Origin: an uncultured virus (IMG/VR IMGVR_UViG_3300009507_000010)
Taxonomy: Duplodnaviria > Heunggongvirae > Uroviricota > Caudoviricetes
Strand: one strand, 5' to 3'
DNA: 64,000 nucleotides
Virus record (IMG/VR): IMGVR_UViG_3300009507_000010
Positions 1 to 10,883 of this stretch are shown in pieces. The position numbers and the translations under genes are program-made. The notes below the pieces were generated by a model. The model was not told where the DNA came from and ran no database searches. It saw nothing but the letters and a program-made list of their open reading frames with translations. Each line of letters opens with the position of its first letter. Position 1 is the stretch's first letter.

Positions 1-2
1 TT

Positions 3-3000
3 GCTAAATCAGTTGTTACTAACACGCCTATTATTGATACAACACAAGTAGCAGTAGCGCAGCAATTTGACGGTACAAAAACTGCAACAGCAAGCGAAGC
101 AGCAACAGTTGAATCACTAGGACAAAAAGTTGTCGACTTTTACGACAACGGCGTTGGCGAAGCTCCTAACGAAACTCAAACACAAGATGTTGGTCTACTA
201 AATGCTGAAACATTAATTGACAACAACAAAACCTTTATTCAAAACGAAGTTATTGCTTTCTTAAATAATAAGTACAGCGGATTTAGTTTTGATGCAGCTA
301 AATGTTCTCGAGATACTGGGTATATTGTTGACGCTGCAAATTTTGACTTACTATACAGTGGTAATGCAGAATCTCATTATGCAGGTATAACTTACTTAAA
401 TGCAACAGCATCTTTAGTACGTTCGGATCAAAAACAAGAAACACTTGCAGGCATTGACTATGCTAGATCTCTAGCAGAAAAAGTTGTATTAGGCCAGCAA
501 GTTGATTACTTGTATCAAACAACAGTGGCACAAAACACTGAATTAACTCCTGGTACGCAAACTGAAGCAACAACAGTCTTTAATAACATTAGCAAAGTTT
601 ATTCAATCCTAAACAACGGTATTGGTACTGCTAACGGAGTAGTAACGACTGATGCAGGCAAGTTAAATTCAGAAACACTTATTGATCAAAACCAAGACTT
701 TATTAAAGAAGAAGTTATTGGATACTTAACTACAACTTATCCAGGCTTTTCATACGATCAGAACAAGTGTCGTAGAGATGTAGGATATATTTTAGATGCT
801 ATTAGTTACGACTTAACACATGGCGGTAACAATGAAAGTATTCAAGCAGCACTAGCGTATTACCAGTGGACTGCAAAAGATGCAGTTAACTTGCAATTGG
901 CAGAAACAAGAGCAGGAATTACATATGCAATTGATCTTGCTAAACTTGTTATTGTTAACCAAGATCCTGCTACTAGTTATCAAGGTATATTTGCACAGTT
1001 TAAAGACGCAGGCAATCCAGGCGATGCAACTTCACAAACTATACTTACTGGATTAGGCAGCTTAATTGACGATATCATCACAGATGGCGATAGTACTACT
1101 ATTGGCCTAGACATTGATCCTAATAACTCTGTACCAAGTGCAGTTCAAGATACAGTAAATGCTAATGCAATTCTTGCAGCAAACAAAGAATTTATTCAAG
1201 CTGAAGTTGTAGCGTTTATTGAAGAAAACTTTGGCAACTTTAATTACGATCCAGTTGCATGTGAAAGAGATGTTGGCTTAATTGTTGATGCAGTTAAGTT
1301 TGATATTGAACACGGTGGCGATGCTGAAAGTATTTTTGCAGGGATAAGTTATTACAACAATGTAACAACTGGCACTGGGGAAATCACAGGCGATGCTATT
1401 GAAGTTCTAAGAAAGCAACTACAGCCTACATTAGACGCTGTAGAATATGCTAGAGATTTGCTTGCAAACGTTGTATTACAAAATGCAGTATCAAATCTTT
1501 ACCAAAGTGGAACAACGCAAACATTCGACGGCACAAATCCAAGCACAACAAGTGTAGCACAAACAGTTTTTAATCGTGCTAATACTATATTAACTATTCT
1601 TAAGAATGGGTTAGGTACAACTAACAGCTTTACAAAAACTACCGGAATTGGTGCGTTAAACACTGAAGCATTGTTGCAAGCAAACACTGCATTTTTGCAA
1701 GAAGAAGTACTTGGGTATATTAATAATCAATATCCTGGACTAACATATGACCAAGCTTCATGTCGCAGAGACGTTGAATTAATTGTTGATGCTATTGCGT
1801 ATGACTTAACACACGGCGGTAATACAAATAGTATTGCAGCAGGTACAGCATACTATAGACAAGCAGCAGCACTTGTAGTCACTGGACAAAGTACAGAAAC
1901 TTTAGCAGGCCTAGTGCATCTAAAAGAACTTGCACAAAAAGTTGTTCGTAACGTAACAGTTGACGTTACATATAGTGCAACACCTCAAGTATTTGACGGT
2001 GCAAACCCAGGTGATGTAACAAGTGCAAACACAGTAGGAACACTAGCTGATATTGTTATTGATATTGTTGACGATGGACTAAGTCCTTATATTAACATTA
2101 CAGCAAACGGCGCATTAACAACTGATCAAGACATACTTGATGCAGGCGCATTGATTGCTTCGAACAAACTATTCATACAAAAAGAAGTAGTTGCTTATGT
2201 TGACGGAAGTTGGATTAACTTCTCAAGTAACTATAATCAAACAACTTGCAGTCGCGATGTTGGTTTAATTCTAGATGCAATTAACTTTGACTTAACATGG
2301 GGCGGAACATCTAATGCTGTTGCTGCTGGTATTGCATACTTTAAACAAAGCAGTCAGCTAACACTACAGCGTCAGTTAGTACAAACTATTGACGGTATCA
2401 TGCATGCTATTAGATTAGCACAGCAGGTAGTTGAAAACTATCCAGTAGTAAGTTTCCAAAATACTGCTGCACAAGTAACTGACAATTTAAATCCAGGTAG
2501 CGCAGAAGCAATTACTAAGATTGCAGAACTTGGCGCACTAATCGAAGACATTGTTATTGACGGAGCAAGTGCAACTGCAGGTGTTACTATCTTTGGAAAC
2601 GGAATTGTTCCAAATTCAAACATAGCTGTACAAAACGCAGCAGATTTGATTGCACTAAACAGATCGTTTATTCAAGCTGAAGTAGTAAGTTACATTAATA
2701 CTTACTTTACAAACTTCACTTATGACACTGATTTCTGTTACAGAGATGTTGGCTTGTTTATTGATGCAATACAATATGATTTGATCTTTGGTGGTAACGA
2801 ACGTGCTATTGAAGCAGGTAAATCATACTATATTGGTAATACTATTGTTATTCCGGGACAAGAATTCCAAACAGTTCTTGCTAATAGATACTTCCAGTCA
2901 TTAGTAGACAACATATTACAAAACATTGTTAACAAGAAACTTTATCAAAATGTTACTGGTCAAATTACTGACCCAACTAAGATAGTTGACGGCACAACAC

Positions 3001-6000
3001 TAGGAATTGTTGAAGCGGAATTTAATACTATTGTTGATATTATTGAAAATGGTCCTACATCGCCTAACATTCCTACAGAAGTTGAAGGCGCATTTAATAT
3101 CAGTTACACAACTATTATGGTGTCAACTGGTGAATATAAAGAAGACAACCCAGTTATTATTCCAGACTATGTATCTATTGTTGGCGATAACTTGCGTACA
3201 ACTATTATTCGTCCGCTAAATGCTAACCAAGATATTTTCCGTATTCGTAACGGTGCTTATTTGTTAGGTGTTACATTTAAAGATGGACTAGATGCATTTA
3301 ACGTACCTAGCTTTACAGGTAGATATTGTACTGCGTTTGACGATCCGTTTGACACAGGTGTTGATCGTACTGGTTATATAGGACTAAGAGATCGTCCGCT
3401 TATTACACAGTCGCCATACATACAAAACGTATCTATTATTTCGTTCTTAGGTCTAAGCGGTTGTTTAGTAGACGGTTCAAAAGTTATTACACCGAACGTA
3501 CCGCGTTTTGCTATCGAAGCTGAAAATCCAGTATTTGGTGAAACACCTGAACAAGGTAAGTCAATGGTTGCTAACGCATATACTATGCTATCATTTGGTG
3601 GTATTGGCTGGCGCTTAACTAACGATGCATACGCACAGATCGTTTCGTGTTTCCAAATTTTCCTTGGAAATGGTTGCTGGTGTCAGTCAGGTGCTTACCT
3701 TTCTGTTACTAACTCTGCTACTAACTTTGGTCTATACGCACTACGTTCGTCAGGTTACTCTGCAAACAGCTTTGTGTTTGACCGTGGTGTTATTGCAGAA
3801 GTCGGCGCCCAAGCATCGCAGCAAAAACTTATCACAGTTGGTACTAAGCGTACTCCAGTTAACCAATTCGTTATTAGATTGTACGACGATGACGAGTACA
3901 ATAACTTAGCAAACGATATTACAAACAGCTTTAAAACTATTCCAAATATTGTTTACTTTAATGCAGGCGAACTTGGAGAATTATATGGCGATGCTGCAAA
4001 CTACGAAGTTGTAGCAGTAGGGTCAACTACATTTACAGTACAAATAGGATCTGGCAAAAACTTAGGATCTTGGGTCGAAGGCGGCACAGTTGACATAAAC
4101 GGTGCATTTAATCCAGCAGCAGTATTGTCAGCTTCGTATAATAATACAAACGGTGCTTTAGAAATTGAAGTAACTACTTTACCGAATATTGGTGACATAG
4201 TAACACTTACTACATTGACTTTTGACGGAACTAACTACCCTGTAAACGAAGAAGGTTCACTAAGTCTTGAAGACAATACTATTACTATTCCGGGACACGG
4301 CTTAGTAACAGGAGATGCATTAACATATCGCAGAAACGGTAATATTGAAATTAACGGCTTTGCAGACCAAGGTTTGTATTATGTCGAGGTTCTAACTGAT
4401 GATATTATTAGACTATATCAAGATGACTCAAGAGGATTCGTTGCAGATATTATTGACGTATCAACAGGACAACATTATTTCGAAACACAGACTGAAGAAT
4501 TCTTTATCGATGATATCATTCTTGATGCAGATAGCAATAAACTAACACACAACAAGTATCAGGTGTTAACACTTGCACCAGGAACATATAACTTTGAACC
4601 AGGTGACACTATTGAAGCAACAACTGGGGTTTATAGAAACAAGGCGTTTGTTTATACCTACGAAGCTGCAACAAGACAGCTAACTGTATCAGTTGAGAAA
4701 GCAGACAATTCAGGTTCACTAACAAGAATCTTCTTTGATGCAACTTCGATTATTGATAGAGATAGTAGTGCTATTCCGCAAAGTAATATACCTGTAACAG
4801 GATTTACTTCTAGAACAGACTTATTTACAGCAGAGTTTACAATTGATCCGACTATTGTAGGTGGCGTACTAACTAATACAGGTGCGTTAAAAGGAACATT
4901 TATTCGCTTGCATAGACCTTCAATTGTTAACAGTTCGTCACACACTTGGGAATATGCAGGTTCAGGTACAGACTATAACGCTCTACCACAGAACGGCGGT
5001 ATTACAAGAGAAGAATTTGAACAGTTTAGTGACTTACCAGGACGAGTTTACTCTTCAGGTACTAACGAACTTGGTGACTTTAAAGTTGGTGACTTCATTG
5101 TTGCAGAAAACAGAACTGGTAACATTACATTTAAAAACACAGTTACAGTTGGTGAACTTTCAGCACTGAAACTTGCAGTTTCGGATGTTGTTATTGAAGC
5201 AATTTCAACTGATCCAGGACTAGGCGACAACGAACCAGGTGGTGCTACAGATACACGTTTGATTACGCAGAATGCAGCACGTAGCTTCTTAGCAAACAGA
5301 CTAGGTGACTTCATTGACAAGAACGTATCTACTAACTCAGTTAGTGGTGCTGTTCCGCAGATGAACGCACAAGGCTTGTTAAACTCGGATATTATTCCAG
5401 CAACACGTAACTTTAGTTTGTTCACAACAGATAAGAAGTTTGGTAGATTTAACCTAACTGATGATATTCCTGCGCAGGAACCGCTACAAGGCGATATTGC
5501 ACAAGAACGTTACTCACGTACATTCTTTACATTAAGTGCGCCAATAGCATTGAATGAAGACGATGTTATTATTGAATTAAACACTGGAGCAACTGCTATT
5601 GTTGATGAAGACAACGGCGGCGCGGCTACTGTTTATCTTGCTAACATCGAAGGAACGTTTAGTAATAATATTAGCGGAAACGTACTTAATGTAAGAGGAA
5701 GTAACACTACTACATATATTACTAATACTGGTTCAAGTGAAGTACGAGACATTCAGTACACAATGGTACAAGACTCGTCGAGTCAGTTCCTAAGATACTT
5801 ACCATCAGGCGCAGCTTTTGTTAATGGACAAACCATTACAGCAGCTAATTCAAAGACACAAGGTGTAATTACCGGTCAAGTTGAAGGTGTTGCATTGGCA
5901 CTTGATCTTGGAAATATTAGTACAGGTAATGGATATGTTCCATCAACTGGTTCACAAACATATAAGGGTGTTGTACTTTCAAATGTTAGCGGAACAGGCA

Positions 6001-9000
6001 CAGGTGCTATTGCAGACATTAGTGTAACCAACGGCAAAGTTACAAACGTTGACCTTACAAGAGGCGGCAGCGGATATGCTGTTGGTAATGCATTAACTGC
6101 AACAGTTGACCAACTAGGCGGACAGAACACACAAGACTTCCAGGTTAGCATACTTGGAGTTGATAATAGAGTGTTTGTTGAGTTGCTAGCAGGAAAGTTT
6201 GTTGCTACAACAAGTTCAAATGATTATACTGAAGACGGCAACGCAGTAGTAACTACTGTACCGTTAGGAAATACAACACTTACTGCATTTAATGCTGACA
6301 CTATTGGCAACGGCGGTAATGTTGATTATCCAACTTCACGAATAACAATTAATTCGCATATATTTGATAACGGAGATGTAGTTAACTATGCTAGTTCACC
6401 AAATCCAGCAATTGGCGGATTTATACAAGGTGAAAGTTACTTTGTTAAAGTTGTTGATGCAAACACTATTGAACTTTACAACAGATACGATTTAAATGCT
6501 GCAAATAAAGTAATATTTACTTCCAGTTCTACAGGCACACATGCATTTATTATTAACTATGTTGACACACGTAAAGATCGCATTTATGCACAGGACCACG
6601 GATTTACTAACGGACAAGCATTCCGTTTTGTAGGAGCTAATCCTCCAACTGGCATGGCAAGCGGCGGATACTACTATGCTGGTACAGTAAGTCAGAATAC
6701 ATTCTCGGTACACGAATTCCAGCAAGACGCAGAAAACAGTGTTAATGGAGTAACTCAAGGTGCTATTAACTTTATTCAAACTGGTAGCGGTAGTGCAGAC
6801 TTTATTCACCAAAATATTACAATTTACGGAGAAGTTAACACATCAGGTAATGTAGAAACTAACTGGGCACTAACTGGTAGTGCAAACGTAGACGCATCAA
6901 ACATTGTGTCGGGTGTTATTAGTACATCACGTTTGGCAGCAGTTGGTACAGCGAATAGTGATACTTACTTAAAAGGTGACAGCAGTTGGGATTATGCAAC
7001 ACGTACAGTTCGTACAGCACTTAATTCACCGCTTAACATAACTGGTAACTTCTATACAAGCGGCGGTCAAAACTTCTACTTCAAGAACACACAGTTTGAT
7101 ATTGACAGAACTGATGGCACTTTAGGTAACCAAAGTTTCACTAACCTTGGTGTTGCAGCATTTAGTAAAGCACAGTTTAACGTAAACTCAGGTGAAGTTG
7201 AACTAAAAGCAGGAGTACTAGATGCAGGAACACTAGACGGACTAGATAGTCAATACTTCCTAGATCCAGGAAACTTACTAAATCCAGTTCCTGTATCACG
7301 TGGCGGTACACAGATAGATCAATATATTGCCGGGGATATGATTTATGCAACATCTCCAACAACACTAAACAGACTGCCAATTGGTAGTCAAGGTGCTGTT
7401 ATGGTTGTTGATGAATTAGGGAACCCAGCATGGTCAAATGACGTTGCTCCGTTTGTTGAAGATACTAATAACTTCGGTGTTTCAAGACCACTAGAAATAC
7501 GACATGACGTAACAAATACTCCAGCAGTTGGCATTGGTGTTGGTATGCAGTTCCAGGTTGAAACTGCTAACAATAACAGAGAAGTTGGCGGCACTATTGA
7601 CGCTGTTGCATCAGACGTAACATTTGGTTCAGAAGACTTTAGCTTTAAGTTTAACTTAATGGCAGCAGGCTTCTTAGCAGAGCGTATGGTATTAGACTCA
7701 TTAGGTAACTTAGCTATTGACGGTGACTTAAATGTTGACGGTGGTGATATTAAAACTACTAAAACAAGTGCAACTGTATACGATACTACAGTTACATCAC
7801 TAAGCATTGGTAGAGCTGCAACTTCAGTTACTATTGGCGCAGATAAAACTGGTGAACTAAGAGTACGAAATGCAACTCTAGTAGTTGGCGGTGACTCAAT
7901 AGAAACACAGCCAGTTGATGCAAAAATTAAAGCACCAAATTCACTAGGTACTAACAAGCAAGGTCCAGATTTAACTATTCAAGGCGGCGCAAGTACAGGT
8001 AGTGGCGTAGCAGGATCAGTATTCATTGATACTGGTGCTAGTGGATCAAGCGGCAGTACTTCAAATACACAAGTAAATCGTGTAGAAATTAGCGGATCAG
8101 ACAATCATACACATAACTTAGACTTTGGTAGAAGTTCACAAGGTACGCAGCAAATTGGTAAGGTTGGTGTTAAAGGTCCTATTACTGGACAGTTTAACGT
8201 TAACGGTTCGGTATTAGAACTAACGCCAGGCGCCGGTACAGGTTCGGGACAAGGTGCTAAAGTTAACATTTACGGTTCAAATAGTATCGGTTCTGGTAGT
8301 GGCATACAAAGTAGTGAACTAATTGCAAGTTTCTCAGGAGACGCTATTAGACTAAACAAAGATGTTATTACACAAGCAACTAGCTTAGGCACAAATCAAT
8401 CAACATTTGATCTTGTTAATGATACTGCAACAACACTTAATATTGGTGGCGCTGCAACAGCTATTGACATCGGTGCATCAAGTGGTTACTTGCACGTTAA
8501 CTCCGCTGACCAAGCAGTTAGTACTACAACAGGTGCGCTACGTGTAGACGGAGGCGGTAGTTTTGGTAAGAACTTGTATGTTGGTGGTAACTTAGTTGCT
8601 GCTGAACTTACACTAACTGGTGCTATTGATGGTAACAGTTACAATGTAGGCGGTATTGAAGTAATTGACACTAACAGACGCTTTATTTCAAGCGGTGGCA
8701 CAACTGGTGAACTTTCAAAAGTACACGGCATTAGCTTTGACTGGGACGGCAACTACGGCGCAGTCGGCGGTTATGTAAACCATGGTATTAGTTCACGTAA
8801 CGAAACTTGGGGAGCTAACGATAGTTTAAGTATTAACTCGTACAACAATGTTAACGTAAGACTTGATACTAACTCTAACAATGCTGCTGCAAGTACATTC
8901 TTCCGCATTAACAATGACGTAAGTCAAACTAATGGTAACATTGTACTAAGTGCAAGAGGCGACGGCAAGGTTGGTATTAACAAAGATCCAAGCGGTACTT

Positions 9001-10880
9001 ACAACTTAGATGTTGGCGGTAGCTTTAATGCTACAACTGGTTACATTAACGGTGGTGCAATTTGGACTGACGCTAATGACGGTGATGGCTCAGGCTTAAA
9101 CGCAGACTTGCTAGACGGCTTACATGCATCCAGCTTCCTACGTGTTGATACTGGTGCTGCATTTAGTGGTGGTGTATTTAAGATTAGTGCTCCTGCAACA
9201 ACAATTCAAAACACTGGCGAAGTTAACACATTACAGTTATATCAAGGCAACGGTGCTAATAGTTACGATGCATTTATGACATTCCATATTGGCGGTGACT
9301 ATGCTGTACACTTTGGTTTAGATGGAAGTACAAACGATCTAGCATACGGCGGTTGGTCAGCTGGTGCAGTTGCACATAAAGTATGGCACGCTGGTAATGA
9401 TGGTAGTGGCAGTGGACTTGATGCAGACTTGTTAGATGGACAAGATAGTGCATTCTTCCGTAACGCAAGTAATATTAATGCTGGTACTTTCCCAGATAGA
9501 TTTAGTAGTAGCGAACGTTACAACATTGGATTTATTGACGGTTACGGCGGCGATAGCTACGACAAACTGCGTGTATGGAATAGTGGTTCGTACTCAATAG
9601 GTATGCACAGTGGCCAAACAATGGGTTGGCTAAACGACTATGCTATGACATTCACAATGAATAACGATAGTGATCGTGGCTTTAAATGGCGTCATGAAAG
9701 TGATGGTGTTGCTGATGGTGCTATGGCACTTACAACAGATGGTCGTTTAACAGTTAAGCAGTTCATCTCAGTAGGTAATCAAACTACACGTTACCTAAGA
9801 GAACCAACAGGTAACTACGGTTCGATTCAGATTAGCGGTAGTGGATTTGGTAACTGGGAAGGCTTTAGCATTGACGGTCGTGCAGTATTCATGCATGACG
9901 GTGGCACTGCAACTGGTATCTTCAACGATGTAGATAACGAATGGTTGTTCTACGGTGTACACAACGCACAAACTGAAATGATGCATAATGGTAGTTGGAA
10001 AGTTCAAACACGTTCCAATGGTGCAAACATTGCAGGCGAGCTATATGTTGATAACTGGGTACGCATTGAAAGCAATTCAGGTATTTACTGGGAAGGTGGC
10101 AACTATGCTGGATGGCACATTTATCCACAAGCAACTAACAGAATCCACATGCGTTCAGCTAACAGCGGAAGTTGTGAAGTTTCTCTTGCTAACAGTGCAA
10201 ACACTATCTATGGTAGATTATATGCAGATGATGCATCACAAGGCTTCCTAAACGAAGATGGCAACTGGGCACTACGTAGCTACAACAACGACGGTGTTTC
10301 ACCTGGTTGGAGATTCTACGAAAACGGTAACGAAAGCTGGACAGGCAACCCAGGTAATGACGTTGGTAAGATTGAATATCACGCTAACAGATTCTACATT
10401 GCATCAGGTGCTAACTCCGATCGTGTTGTACAGTTTAGACGTGATGGAACAGATGTTTCATACGTTGATAACAGTGGTGTTTACCAAGGTACTGCTGCAA
10501 GTGCTAACTGGGCTGACTTGGCAGAGAAATACTTAGCTGACGAAGTTTACGCACACGGTACTGTACTTGCTATTGGTGGCGATGCTGAAGTTACATTGTT
10601 CAAACCAGGCATGAAACTAGCAGGCGTTGTTTCAACACAGCCGGGCTTGATGATGAACCAAACAGACGATAACAGAGATGATCCGATGTGGCCGTTCGTT
10701 GCACTTAAAGGTCGTGTACCAGTTATGATTAATGGTTCAGCTAAGAAAGGCCAGTATATCATTGCAGATCAAGACGGTAAAGGTCGTGCTGTAGACGAAC
10801 TAAGTACTATAGCAGAATACACTTTATTAATTGGTACTGCATTAGAAGATGGTACAGATGTAGTTGAAGTGAAGGTATAA
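3..10880 (+). CDS. Giant tail fibre/tailspike-like virion protein, 5'-truncated (>3625 aa): N-terminal helical CxRD repeats, beta-helix-like region, HG(L/F)xxG(D/Q)-type repeats, GLDADLLDG fibre motifs, C-terminal peptidase G2-like intramolecular chaperone
   Basis: The frame of ORF 510..10880 is open back to position 3 (AKSVVTNTPII...), so the real start lies outside the window. Motifs: TIMVSTGEYKEDNPVIIPDYVSIVGDNLRTTIIRP (beta-helix entry), GSGL(N/D)ADLLDG x2, C-terminal WADLAEKY...GVVST.PG...VALKGRVPV. Confidence 0.85.
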   Translation, partial: AKSVVTNTPIIDTTQVAVAQQFDGTKTATASEAATVESLGQKVVDFYDNGVGEAPNETQTQDVGLLNAETLIDNNKTFIQNEVIAFLNNKYSGFSFDAAKCSRDTGYIVDAANFDLLYSGNAESHYAGITYLNATASLVRSDQKQETLAGIDYARSLAEKVVLGQQVDYLYQTTVAQNTELTPGTQTEATTVFNNISKVYSILNNGIGTANGVVTTDAGKLNSETLIDQNQDFIKEEVIGYLTTTYPGFSYDQNKCRRDVGYILDAISYDLTHGGNNESIQAALAYYQWTAKDAVNLQLAETRAGITYAIDLAKLVIVNQDPATSYQGIFAQFKDAGNPGDATSQTILTGLGSLIDDIITDGDSTTIGLDIDPNNSVPSAVQDTVNANAILAANKEFIQAEVVAFIEENFGNFNYDPVACERDVGLIVDAVKFDIEHGGDAESIFAGISYYNNVTTGTGEITGDAIEVLRKQLQPTLDAVEYARDLLANVVLQNAVSNLYQSGTTQTFDGTNPSTTSVAQTVFNRANTILTILKNGLGTTNSFTKTTGIGALNTEALLQANTAFLQEEVLGYINNQYPGLTYDQASCRRDVELIVDAIAYDLTHGGNTNSIAAGTAYYRQAAALVVTGQSTETLAGLVHLKELAQKVVRNVTVDVTYSATPQVFDGANPGDVTSANTVGTLADIVIDIVDDGLSPYINITANGALTTDQDILDAGALIASNKLFIQKEVVAYVDGSWINFSSNYNQTTCSRDVGLILDAINFDLTWGGTSNAVAAGIAYFKQSSQLTLQRQLVQTIDGIMHAIRLAQQVVENYPVVSFQNTAAQVTDNLNPGSAEAITKIAELGALIEDIVIDGASATAGVTIFGNGIVPNSNIAVQNAADLIALNRSFIQAEVVSYINTYFTNFTYDTDFCYRDVGLFIDAIQYDLIFGGNERAIEAGKSYYIGNTIVIPGQEFQTVLANRYFQSLVDNILQNIVNKKLYQNVTGQITDPTKIVDGTTLGIVEAEFNTIVDIIENGPTSPNIPTEVEGAFNISYTTIMVSTGEYKEDNPVIIPDYVSIVGDNLRTTIIRPLNANQDIFRIRNGAYLLGVTFKDGLDAFNVPSFTGRYCTAFDDPFDTGVDRTGYIGLRDRPLITQSPYIQNVSIISFLGLSGCLVDGSKVITPNVPRFAIEAENPVFGETPEQGKSMVANAYTMLSFGGIGWRLTNDAYAQIVSCFQIFLGNGCWCQSGAYLSVTNSATNFGLYALRSSGYSANSFVFDRGVIAEVGAQASQQKLITVGTKRTPVNQFVIRLYDDDEYNNLANDITNSFKTIPNIVYFNAGELGELYGDAANYEVVAVGSTTFTVQIGSGKNLGSWVEGGTVDINGAFNPAAVLSASYNNTNGALEIEVTTLPNIGDIVTLTTLTFDGTNYPVNEEGSLSLEDNTITIPGHGLVTGDALTYRRNGNIEINGFADQGLYYVEVLTDDIIRLYQDDSRGFVADIIDVSTGQHYFETQTEEFFIDDIILDADSNKLTHNKYQVLTLAPGTYNFEPGDTIEATTGVYRNKAFVYTYEAATRQLTVSVEKADNSGSLTRIFFDATSIIDRDSSAIPQSNIPVTGFTSRTDLFTAEFTIDPTIVGGVLTNTGALKGTFIRLHRPSIVNSSSHTWEYAGSGTDYNALPQNGGITREEFEQFSDLPGRVYSSGTNELGDFKVGDFIVAENRTGNITFKNTVTVGELSALKLAVSDVVIEAISTDPGLGDNEPGGATDTRLITQNAARSFLANRLGDFIDKNVSTNSVSGAVPQMNAQGLLNSDIIPATRNFSLFTTDKKFGRFNLTDDIPAQEPLQGDIAQERYSRTFFTLSAPIALNEDDVIIELNTGATAIVDEDNGGAATVYLANIEGTFSNNISGNVLNVRGSNTTTYITNTGSSEVRDIQYTMVQDSSSQFLRYLPSGAAFVNGQTITAANSKTQGVITGQVEGVALALDLGNISTGNGYVPSTGSQTYKGVVLSNVSGTGTGAIADISVTNGKVTNVDLTRGGSGYAVGNALTATVDQLGGQNTQDFQVSILGVDNRVFVELLAGKFVATTSSNDYTEDGNAVVTTVPLGNTTLTAFNADTIGNGGNVDYPTSRITINSHIFDNGDVVNYASSPNPAIGGFIQGESYFVKVVDANTIELYNRYDLNAANKVIFTSSSTGTHAFIINYVDTRKDRIYAQDHGFTNGQAFRFVGANPPTGMASGGYYYAGTVSQNTFSVHEFQQDAENSVNGVTQGAINFIQTGSGSADFIHQNITIYGEVNTSGNVETNWALTGSANVDASNIVSGVISTSRLAAVGTANSDTYLKGDSSWDYATRTVRTALNSPLNITGNFYTSGGQNFYFKNTQFDIDRTDGTLGNQSFTNLGVAAFSKAQFNVNSGEVELKAGVLDAGTLDGLDSQYFLDPGNLLNPVPVSRGGTQIDQYIAGDMIYATSPTTLNRLPIGSQGAVMVVDELGNPAWSNDVAPFVEDTNNFGVSRPLEIRHDVTNTPAVGIGVGMQFQVETANNNREVGGTIDAVASDVTFGSEDFSFKFNLMAAGFLAERMVLDSLGNLAIDGDLNVDGGDIKTTKTSATVYDTTVTSLSIGRAATSVTIGADKTGELRVRNATLVVGGDSIETQPVDAKIKAPNSLGTNKQGPDLTIQGGASTGSGVAGSVFIDTGASGSSGSTSNTQVNRVEISGSDNHTHNLDFGRSSQGTQQIGKVGVKGPITGQFNVNGSVLELTPGAGTGSGQGAKVNIYGSNSIGSGSGIQSSELIASFSGDAIRLNKDVITQATSLGTNQSTFDLVNDTATTLNIGGAATAIDIGASSGYLHVNSADQAVSTTTGALRVDGGGSFGKNLYVGGNLVAAELTLTGAIDGNSYNVGGIEVIDTNRRFISSGGTTGELSKVHGISFDWDGNYGAVGGYVNHGISSRNETWGANDSLSINSYNNVNVRLDTNSNNAAASTFFRINNDVSQTNGNIVLSARGDGKVGINKDPSGTYNLDVGGSFNATTGYINGGAIWTDANDGDGSGLNADLLDGLHASSFLRVDTGAAFSGGVFKISAPATTIQNTGEVNTLQLYQGNGANSYDAFMTFHIGGDYAVHFGLDGSTNDLAYGGWSAGAVAHKVWHAGNDGSGSGLDADLLDGQDSAFFRNASNINAGTFPDRFSSSERYNIGFIDGYGGDSYDKLRVWNSGSYSIGMHSGQTMGWLNDYAMTFTMNNDSDRGFKWRHESDGVADGAMALTTDGRLTVKQFISVGNQTTRYLREPTGNYGSIQISGSGFGNWEGFSIDGRAVFMHDGGTATGIFNDVDNEWLFYGVHNAQTEMMHNGSWKVQTRSNGANIAGELYVDNWVRIESNSGIYWEGGNYAGWHIYPQATNRIHMRSANSGSCEVSLANSANTIYGRLYADDASQGFLNEDGNWALRSYNNDGVSPGWRFYENGNESWTGNPGNDVGKIEYHANRFYIASGANSDRVVQFRRDGTDVSYVDNSGVYQGTAASANWADLAEKYLADEVYAHGTVLAIGGDAEVTLFKPGMKLAGVVSTQPGLMMNQTDDNRDDPMWPFVALKGRVPVMINGSAKKGQYIIADQDGKGRAVDELSTIAEYTLLIGTALEDGTDVVEVKV
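303..2800 (+). repeat. Six ~155-167 aa protein repeats with core CxRD(V/T)xx(I/F)(V/L/I)DA...D(L/I)xxxG
   Basis: Cys codons at 303, 768, 1260, 1761, 2247, 2736 (spacing 465-501 bp). Confidence 0.9.
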
Positions 10881-10883
10881 TTT

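Noticed and set aside
1499..10762. Many short antisense and alternate-frame ORFs inside the giant tail gene, and similar ones inside other long genes
   Set aside because: They are shadows of a strongly biased coding strand, lie wholly within well-supported CDSs and show no motifs.
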